Shown here: positions 49,686 through 56,022 of the stretch, in pieces
Layout: every line of letters starts with the position of its first letter
How positions within the stretch are numbered: position 1 is the first letter of the stretch
From: a virus
Taxonomy: Duplodnaviria; Heunggongvirae; Uroviricota; Caudoviricetes
Virus record (IMG/VR): IMGVR_UViG_2534681672_000003
Location: 1 to 56,022 of that record
Reading direction: 5' to 3' (one strand)
Length of the DNA stretch: 56,022 bases
The notes under the pieces: generated by a model
The model's database searches: none
What the model was told of the DNA's origin: nothing
What the model saw: the letters and a program-made list of their open reading frames with translations, nothing else
Position numbers and translations under genes: made by a program

Positions 49686-50375
49686 ATGAAAACAACACTC
49701 TCAGAAAGACTTAAAGAAGCCAGATTAGCGCGAGGCCTTACACAAAAGGCGCTTGGGGATTTGGTCGGGGTTAGCCAGGCTGCTATTCAGAAAATCGAAA
49801 CAGGGAAAGCTAATCAAACAACTAAAATCGTGGAGATCGCGAACGCTTTGGGTGTGCGCGCAGAATGGTTATCTTCTGGCGTTGGAAATATGTCAGACAG
49901 TACAGTGCAACCAATACAATCAACTGTCAGCCATTCCAAATACTTCAAGATTGACGTTCTTGATATAGAAGTCAGTGCTGGGCCGGGAGTCATCAACCGT
50001 GAGTTTGTAGAAGTTCTACGCTCGGTTGAGTACTCGTTTGACGATGCTCGTCACATGTTCGATGGTAGGAAGGCGGAAAATATCCGCATCATTAACGTGC
50101 GTGGTGACAGCATGTCAGGAACGATCGAACCAGGTGATCTGCTGTTCGTTGATATCACAGTTAAATCTTTCGACGGTGATGGTATCTATGCGTTTCTGTA
50201 CGACGACACAGCCCATGTAAAGCGCCTGCAAATGATGAAGGATAAGCTGCTGGTCATCTCTGATAACAAAAGCTACTCACCGTGGGACCCGATCGAGAAA
50301 GACGAGATGAACCGGGTGTTCATCTTCGGTAAGGTTATTGGGAGCATGCCGCAGACATATAGGAAGCATGGGTAG
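49686..50375 (+). CDS. cI: CI repressor (HTH + S24 LexA-like autopeptidase)
   Basis: The N-terminal HTH is MKTTLSERLKEARLARGLTQKALGDLVGVSQAAIQKIE. The C-terminal part has GDSM...VKRL motifs. Confidence 0.9.
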   Translation: MKTTLSERLKEARLARGLTQKALGDLVGVSQAAIQKIETGKANQTTKIVEIANALGVRAEWLSSGVGNMSDSTVQPIQSTVSHSKYFKIDVLDIEVSAGPGVINREFVEVLRSVEYSFDDARHMFDGRKAENIRIINVRGDSMSGTIEPGDLLFVDITVKSFDGDGIYAFLYDDTAHVKRLQMMKDKLLVISDNKSYSPWDPIEKDEMNRVFIFGKVIGSMPQTYRKHG

Positions 50376-50496
50376 TACCAATTAAAAATTATCAACTGGG
50401 CATTGTGCTCATTCAGTAAAGAACTAATTCCTATCTTTGCTCTAGGTAGTAATATTAAGCCACCGCAATAATATCTTTACCTAACGGCGTAAGAAT

Positions 50497-50523
50497 CCCG
50501 GTCACCGTGCCGGGTTTTCTTTT
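50497..50523 (+). terminator. terminator-like hairpin after cI
   Basis: CCCGG-N8-CCGGG followed by TTTTCTTTT. Confidence 0.45.
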
Positions 50524-50654
50524 GCCCTCCCCTCATCACACACACCGTTAAAAAAACCACCATAACCTCGCTTCAGTTATCGCTATGCGATTCAAGTCAC
50601 AAAATAAATCCATCCTAAATACAACCAGTTATATCTAAAACAGCCAATAAAACA

Positions 50655-50705
50655 ACTTTTGTTGTTGACGATAAAACAACTATAGTTTTAAATAAGTTCA
50701 TCGCA
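50655..50705 (+). promoter_or_regulatory. PL/OL: TTGACG-17 nt-TTAAAT overlapped by two operator copies
   Basis: The -35 is at 50675-50680 and the -10 at 50698-50703. The operator AAAACAACTATAGTTTT at 50683-50699 differs at one position from the reverse complement of the OR site. AAAACAACTTTTGTTGTT lies upstream. Confidence 0.6.
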
Positions 50706-50764
50706 ACAACACAACGATACGGCAACTACCTGATTCACCGTTGCGATGACCGCTTAGATCCGCA

Positions 50765-50845
50765 GTTTGAATTTCAGCAGGCTTCGGGGAGTGCGAGGGG
50801 TGAAACGGACGCGTGAACGTCGGTGTGACCAGCTGAAATTAACTC
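50765..50845 (+). promoter_or_regulatory. structured leader RNA downstream of PL (candidate put-like antitermination element)
   Basis: AATTTCAGC (50770-50778) pairs with GCTGAAATT (50832-50840). The pairing encloses a GC-rich 53-nt insert that has a second hairpin, ACGGACG...CGTCGGT. Confidence 0.3.
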
Positions 50846-50970
50846 AACATTTCATACCTTAGTCGCTTCAACGAGGCGGCTTAGTTATGACAACCGGCGG
50901 CCATCCACCGCCTGAATACGCGCAGAAGTCTCTATATGTTCAGCAGCCCAGCTTACGGGCAGGAGTTTTT

Positions 50971-51177
50971 ATGGTTCATCAACATTATGGAACGCAGACC
51001 GTTAATCGAGGTGCGGTCATGCCAGGAATGCTGGTCAAACACAAAGATGGTACCTGGACTGCATCAGCTAATTTACGCGGACGGCTTTATCTGCATCGCG
51101 GCATCGAGCGCACTTATACCCGTGATTTGCTCGTGGAAGTTTTTCTCGACGGACGCGGTAACGGCCTGAATCACTAA
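50971..51177 (+). CDS. hypothetical protein in the N-gene position (not N- or Nun-like)
   Basis: The 68-aa version starts after AGGAG (50961-50965). A longer 96-aa frame from 50887 is also possible. There is no arginine-rich motif. Confidence 0.4.
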   Translation: MVHQHYGTQTVNRGAVMPGMLVKHKDGTWTASANLRGRLYLHRGIERTYTRDLLVEVFLDGRGNGLNH

Positions 51178-51252
51178 TCCCCTTTCCTGTTTTCCTAATC
51201 AGCCTGGCATTTCGCGGGCGATATTTTCACAGCCATTTTCAGGAGGTCAGCC

Positions 51253-51549
51253 ATGAACGCTTATTACATTCAGGATCGTCTTGAGGCTCAGAGCTGGGCG
51301 CGTCACTACCAGCAGATCGCCCGTGAAGAGAAAGAGGCAGAACTGGCAGACGACATGGAAAAAGGCCTGCCCCAGCACCTGTTTGAATCGCTATGCATCG
51401 ATCATTTGCAACGCCACGGGGCCAGCAAAAAAGCCATTACCCGTGCGTTTGATGACGATGTTGAGTTTCAGGAGCGCATGGCAGAACACATCCAGTACAT
51501 GGTTGAAACCATTGCTCACCACCAGGTTGATATTGATTCAGAGGTATAA
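51253..51549 (+). CDS. gam: Gam (RecBCD inhibitor, short form)
   Basis: [56 protein letters not shown]... Confidence 0.93.
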   Translation: MNAYYIQDRLEAQSWARHYQQIAREEKEAELADDMEKGLPQHLFESLCIDHLQRHGASKKAITRAFDDDVEFQERMAEHIQYMVETIAHHQVDIDSEV

Positions 51550-51554
51550 AACGG

Positions 51555-52340
51555 ATGAGTACAGCACTCGCAACGCTGGCAGGGAAGCTGGCTGAACGTG
51601 TCGGCATGGATTCTGTCGACCCACAGGAACTGATCACCACTCTTCGCCAGACGGCATTTAAAGGTGATGCCAGCGATGCGCAGTTCATCGCATTGTTGAT
51701 CGTCGCCAACCAGTACGGCCTTAATCCGTGGACGAAAGAAATTTACGCCTTCCCTGATAAGCAGAACGGCATCGTTCCGGTGGTGGGCGTTGATGGCTGG
51801 TCCCGCATCATCAATGAAAACCAGCAGTTTGATGGCATGGACTTTGAGCAGAACAATGAATCCTGTACATGCCGGATTTACCGCAAGGACCGTAATCATC
51901 CGATCTGCGTTACCGAATGGATGGATGAATGCCGCCGCGAACCATTCAAAACTCGCGAAGGCAGAGAAATCACGGGGCCGTGGCAGTCGCATCCCAAACG
52001 GATGTTACGGCATAAAGCCATGATTCAGTGTGCCCGTCTGGCCTTCGGATTTGCTGGTATCTATGACAAGGATGAAGCCGAGCGCATTGTCGAAAATACT
52101 GCATACACTGCAGAACGTCAGCCAGAACGCGACATCACTCCGGTTAACGATGAAACCATGCAGGAGATTAACACTCTGCTGATCGCCCTGGATAAAACAT
52201 GGGATGACGACTTATTGCCGCTCTGTTCCCAGATATTTCGCCGCGACATTCGCGCATCGTCAGAACTGACACAGGCCGAAGCAGTGAAAGCTCTTGGATT
52301 CCTGAAACAGAAAGCCACTGAGCAGAAGGTGGCAGCATGA
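51555..52340 (+). CDS. bet: Bet single-strand annealing protein
   Basis: 261-aa [47 protein letters not shown]... Confidence 0.95.
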   Translation: MSTALATLAGKLAERVGMDSVDPQELITTLRQTAFKGDASDAQFIALLIVANQYGLNPWTKEIYAFPDKQNGIVPVVGVDGWSRIINENQQFDGMDFEQNNESCTCRIYRKDRNHPICVTEWMDECRREPFKTREGREITGPWQSHPKRMLRHKAMIQCARLAFGFAGIYDKDEAERIVENTAYTAERQPERDITPVNDETMQEINTLLIALDKTWDDDLLPLCSQIFRRDIRASSELTQAEAVKALGFLKQKATEQKVAA

Positions 52341-53017
52341 CACCGGACATTATCCTGCAGCGTACCGGGATCGACGTGAGAGCTGTCGAACAGGGGGATG
52401 ATGCATGGCACAAATTACGGCTCGGCGTCATCACCGCTTCAGAAGTTCACAACGTGATAGCAAAGCCCCGCTCAGGAAAGAAGTGGCCTGACATGAAAAT
52501 GTCCTACTTCCACACCCTGCTGGCTGAGGTTTGCACCGGTGTGGCTCCGGAAGTTAATGCTAAGGCGCTGGCCTGGGGAAAACAGTACGAGAACGACGCC
52601 AGAACCCTGTTTGAATTCACTTCCGGCGTGAATGTTACTGAATCCCCGATCATCTATCGCGACGAAAGTATGCGCACCGCCTGCTCTCCCGATGGTTTAT
52701 GCAGTGACGGCAACGGCCTTGAACTGAAATGCCCGTTTACCTCCCGGGATTTCATGAAGTTCCGGCTCGGTGGTTTCGAGGCCATAAAATCGGCTTACAT
52801 GGCCCAGGTGCAGTACAGCATGTGGGTGACGCGAAAAGATGCCTGGTACTTTGCCAACTATGACCCGCGTATGAAGCGTGAAGGCCTGCATTATGTCGTG
52901 ATTGAGCGGAATGAAAAGTACATGGCGAATTTTGACGAGATGGTGCCGGAGTTCATCGAAAAAATGGACGTGGCACTGGCTGAAATTGGTTTTGTATTTG
53001 GGGAGCAATGGCGATGA
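52337..53017 (+). CDS. exo: lambda exonuclease
   Basis: 226-aa [46 protein letters not shown]... Confidence 0.95.
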   Translation: MTPDIILQRTGIDVRAVEQGDDAWHKLRLGVITASEVHNVIAKPRSGKKWPDMKMSYFHTLLAEVCTGVAPEVNAKALAWGKQYENDARTLFEFTSGVNVTESPIIYRDESMRTACSPDGLCSDGNGLELKCPFTSRDFMKFRLGGFEAIKSAYMAQVQYSMWVTRKDAWYFANYDPRMKREGLHYVVIERNEKYMANFDEMVPEFIEKMDVALAEIGFVFGEQWR

Positions 53018-53175
53018 AGCATCCTCACGATAATATCCGGGTAGGCGCGATCACTTTCATCTACTCCGTTACAAAGCGAGGCTGGGTATTTCCCGGCCTT
53101 TCTGTTATCAGAAATCCACTGAAAGCACAGCGGCTGGCTGAGGCGATAAATAATAAACGGGGGCTGTATGACTGA
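53014..53175 (+). CDS. lambda orf60a-like small protein
   Basis: Hand-translated as [53 protein letters not shown]. It overlaps the exo stop and the start of the next gene. Confidence 0.6.
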   Translation: MKHPHDNIRVGAITFIYSVTKRGWVFPGLSVIRNPLKAQRLAEAINNKRGLYD

Positions 53176-53725
53176 TTTCACCGGAAGCAATACTCCTGCC
53201 GAACATCGCGACAGCTGGCGCACACCACCAGAGATTTTTGCTGCGCTTAATGCAGAGTTCGTTTTTCAACTTGATGCTGCCGCCAGCGAAAAAAACCGAC
53301 TATGTCGGCTTTTTATCTCACAGGAGCAGAACACATTAACCACTTCATGGCCTGAAGCAATGGGATATGCCTCTGGTTATGTCTGGTTGAATCCACCATA
53401 CAGCAATATTTCCCCTTTTGTGAAAAAGGCAGCCACTGAAAACAAATTCAGTAGTGTGGGATGTGTAATGTTATTGCCTGCTGACACATCTGTCGGATGG
53501 TTTCATGAAGCGATACAAACCGCCAGTGAGGTCAGATTCATCACGGCAGGACGACTGGCATTTATTAACCCACTCACTGAGAAACCCGTCAGTGGAAATA
53601 ATAAAGGCTCGATGCTCATTATCTGGCACCCATACCCCCGTACACACTGCCACTTTACGACCGTTGATCGTGGAGAGTTGATGGCGTTCGGCTCAAGGAT
53701 TCTTGCCCGTCGGGAGGCTGCATGA
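53168..53725 (+). CDS. phage N6-adenine DNA methyltransferase
   Basis: 185 aa. TPPEIFAALNAEF...DAAA...WLNPPYS (NPPY motif) fits the Phage_N6A_met family pattern. Confidence 0.8.
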   Translation: MTDFTGSNTPAEHRDSWRTPPEIFAALNAEFVFQLDAAASEKNRLCRLFISQEQNTLTTSWPEAMGYASGYVWLNPPYSNISPFVKKAATENKFSSVGCVMLLPADTSVGWFHEAIQTASEVRFITAGRLAFINPLTEKPVSGNNKGSMLIIWHPYPRTHCHFTTVDRGELMAFGSRILARREAA

Positions 53726-53801
53726 CAACCACGGAATGCATTTTTCTGGCAGCGGGCTTCATATTCTGTGTGCTTATGCTTGCCGACATGGGACTTGTTC
53801 A

Positions 53802-54017
53802 ATGACACCTCAGCAGGAAAACGCCCTTCGCAGCATTGCCCGTCAGGCTAATTCTGAAATCAAAAAAGCCAGACAGCAGTTTCCGGATAAAAACGTCGAT
53901 GACATTTGCCGTAGCGTACTTAAGAAGCACCGCGAAACGGTAACGCTGATGGGATTCACACCGACTCATTTAAGCCTGGCGATCGGCATGTTAAACGGCG
54001 TCTTTAAGGAACGGTGA
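53802..54017 (+). CDS. hypothetical protein
   Basis: 71 aa from MTPQQENALRSIARQANSEIKKARQQ. The longer ORF-track frame overlaps the methyltransferase gene. Confidence 0.45.
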   Translation: MTPQQENALRSIARQANSEIKKARQQFPDKNVDDICRSVLKKHRETVTLMGFTPTHLSLAIGMLNGVFKER

Positions 54018-54115
54018 ACATGAAAAGCAAAATCATCAGGGAGCTACAGGCTCCTTTTTTATTGTTCGCATTCATCCTCAAGCGTATTAACCAACAATTC
54101 AGGGATTAATGGAAG

Positions 54116-54334
54116 ATGGCAGACATCATTGATTCAGCATCAGAAATCGAAGAATTACAGCGCAATACAGCAATAAAAATGCGTCGTCAGAACTACCAGA
54201 CTGTATCCGCAACTCATTGTTGTGAGTGTGGCGATCCGATAGATGAGCGAAGACGCCTGGCTGTTCAGGGTTGTCGGACTTGTGCAAGTTGCCAGGAGGA
54301 GATCGAACTTAAGAACAAACAATGGGGACTGTGA
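54116..54334 (+). CDS. TraR/DksA-family C4 zinc-finger protein
   Basis: 72 aa. CCECGDPI...CRTCASC forms the four-Cys finger. Confidence 0.75.
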   Translation: MADIIDSASEIEELQRNTAIKMRRQNYQTVSATHCCECGDPIDERRRLAVQGCRTCASCQEEIELKNKQWGL

Positions 54335-54381
54335 TGGCCTCAAAGCAGCAAATTTCAACATCGTCCAACTGAGGTGTAAAA

Positions 54382-54660
54382 ATGTTCAGAATCATTTTTC
54401 CTAACACCTGGTACGTCGACCACCACGGCACTCCCTGCAAAATCCTGCGTTCTACCCACAACAAAGTTCACTACATCCGAAAAGGCAGAACATGTATCGC
54501 CAGCATGTTCCGCTTTAATCATGACTTTGAACCTGTGAATAAAGCTGATGCAGATCGGATAGCAGAAGAGCTCGAAACGGCAGAACACATTAAGAAGTTA
54601 CGTGACATGCGTTCAAAAAGCAGAGGTAACCATGGAATCATACAGCCTCACACTCGATGA
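54382..54660 (+). CDS. DUF4222-like small protein
   Basis: WYVDHHGTPCKILRSTHNKVHYIRKGRTCIASMFRFNHDFEPV shares its pattern with the satellite ORF at 25598-25885. Confidence 0.5.
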   Translation: MFRIIFPNTWYVDHHGTPCKILRSTHNKVHYIRKGRTCIASMFRFNHDFEPVNKADADRIAEELETAEHIKKLRDMRSKSRGNHGIIQPHTR

Positions 54661-55003
54661 GGCCTGTCAGTTTCTTAAGATATCCAGACCAACCGCCACC
54701 AACTGGATACGAACAGGCCGCCTACAGGCAACACGTAAAGATCCAACCAAGCCAAAATCTCCTTACCTCACAACACGGCAAGCCTGCATTGCGGCGCTTC
54801 AGTCTCCGCTGCATACTGTCCAGGTGAGCGCGGGTGATGGCATAACAGAGGAAAGAAAATGTCACTCTTCCGCAGAAATGAAATATGGTATGCCTCGTAT
54901 TCGCTCCCGGGCGGGAAACGAATTAAGGAATCTCTTGGCACAAAGGACAAGCGGCAAGCTCAGGAGTTGCACGACAAGCGAAAAGCAGAACTCTGGCGAG
55001 TAG
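54632..55003 (+). CDS. xis: excisionase, P22-Xis-like (long form overlapping int)
   Basis: [56 protein letters not shown]... matches P22 Xis by recall. It overlaps int by 145 nt. Confidence 0.7.
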   Translation: MESYSLTLDEACQFLKISRPTATNWIRTGRLQATRKDPTKPKSPYLTTRQACIAALQSPLHTVQVSAGDGITEERKCHSSAEMKYGMPRIRSRAGNELRNLLAQRTSGKLRSCTTSEKQNSGE

Positions 55004-56022
55004 AAAAGCTAGGGGATTTACCTGATGTCACTTTTGAAGAGGCCTGCCTAAGATGGCTTGAGGAAAAAGCTGATAAAAAATCTCTCGATTCAGATAAAAG
55101 CCGGATTGAGTTCTGGCTTGAACATTTTGAGGGTATAAGGCTTAAAGATATCTCGGAGGCAAAGATTTACTCTGCTGTAAGCAGAATGCATAACAGAAAG
55201 ACGAAAGAAATATGGAAACAGAAAGTTCAGGCCGCCATCAGGAAAGGTAAAGAACCGCCTGTTTATGAACCAAAGCCAGTATCAACTCAGACAAAGGCAA
55301 AGCATCTTGCCATGATAAAGGCCATTCTCCGTGCTGCAGAACGCGACTGGAAGTGGCTGGAAAAAGCGCCTGTCATCAAGATACCAGCGGTCAGAAACAA
55401 GCGAGTCAGATGGCTGGAAAAGGAGGAAGCAAAACGCCTTATTGATGAGTGCCCCGAACCACTGAAATCTGTCGTCAAGTTTGCGCTGGCAACTGGTCTG
55501 AGAAAGTCGAACATCATAAATCTGGAATGGCAACAAATCGACATGCAGCGACGAGTTGCCTGGGTGAATCCAGAAGAGAGCAAATCAAACCGCGCCATTG
55601 GTGTGGCGCTGAACGATACCGCCTGTAAAGTGTTGCGTGATCAAATAGGCAAGCATCACAAATGGGTGTTTGTACATACCAAGGCGGCTAAGCGAGCAGA
55701 TGGAACATCAACGCCTGCGGTCAGGAAGATGCGCATCGACAGCAAGACATCATGGCTATCAGCTTGTCGTCGTGCAGGAATTGAAGATTTCCGTTTCCAT
55801 GACCTCAGACACACCTGGGCAAGCTGGCTGATTCAGTCAGGCGTCCCATTATCAGTGCTTCAGGAAATGGGCGGATGGGAGTCCATAGAAATGGTTCGTA
55901 GGTATGCTCACCTTGCGCCTAATCATTTGACAGAGCATGCGAGGAAAATAGACGACATTTTTGGTGATAATGTCCCAAATATGTCCCACTCTGGAATTAT
56001 GGAGGATATAAAGAAGGCGTAA
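54859..56022 (+). CDS. intD: tyrosine integrase, DLP12 IntD / P22 Int type
   Basis: 387-aa [49 protein letters not shown]... The catalytic region is [10 protein letters not shown]...RRYAHL. The stop coincides with the window end. Confidence 0.93.
   Translation: MSLFRRNEIWYASYSLPGGKRIKESLGTKDKRQAQELHDKRKAELWRVEKLGDLPDVTFEEACLRWLEEKADKKSLDSDKSRIEFWLEHFEGIRLKDISEAKIYSAVSRMHNRKTKEIWKQKVQAAIRKGKEPPVYEPKPVSTQTKAKHLAMIKAILRAAERDWKWLEKAPVIKIPAVRNKRVRWLEKEEAKRLIDECPEPLKSVVKFALATGLRKSNIINLEWQQIDMQRRVAWVNPEESKSNRAIGVALNDTACKVLRDQIGKHHKWVFVHTKAAKRADGTSTPAVRKMRIDSKTSWLSACRRAGIEDFRFHDLRHTWASWLIQSGVPLSVLQEMGGWESIEMVRRYAHLAPNHLTEHARKIDDIFGDNVPNMSHSGIMEDIKKA

Noticed and set aside
51516-51992. 158-aa minus-strand ORF
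   Set aside because: It is antisense to bet, which matches lambda Bet over its full length.
54020-54110. Small ORF MKSKIIRELQAPFLLFAFILKRINQQFRD and a weak hairpin with a T-run at about 54039-54060
   Set aside because: The ORF is only 29 codons and has no ribosome-binding site. The hairpin stem is only about 5 bp. Neither is supportable from the sequence alone.

Overview
This window is one lambda/DLP12-type mosaic prophage, drawn in reverse orientation relative to the lambda map. Reading right to left it runs: P22/DLP12-type int-xis at the right edge, exo-bet-gam, and the cI/cro immunity region. Next come O-P-ren, an emrE/ybcK island, the nin genes, rusA and a QuuD-type Q, followed by a moron cluster, phage-21-type lysis genes, bor and cos. 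After cos come lambda-like head and tail genes Nu1 through J, then lom, side tail fibres and a methyltransferase at the left edge. The main observation is an 11.4-kb integrase-bearing, satellite-like element (18134-29576) inserted precisely inside the prophage's major capsid gene E and flanked by a 10-bp direct repeat. The element carries a P4-type integrase, two AlpA-family genes, an SF3-helicase replication gene with an iteron origin, and an SSB. It also carries its own lambda-E-like capsid gene and D-like decoration gene, a lambda-like cos site with an altered cosN, a chimeric Nu1-like small terminase gene with an in-frame amber codon, an IS200 copy and two AT-rich cargo genes. It has no portal, protease, large terminase or tail genes. 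Separately, the prophage's protease gene C is frameshifted by a perfect 73-bp tandem duplication, while the nested Nu3 frame stays intact. No tRNA, rRNA or CRISPR array was seen. All homology calls rest on my recall of lambda, DLP12, P22 and phage 21 protein sequences and on motifs read by eye. No searches were run.
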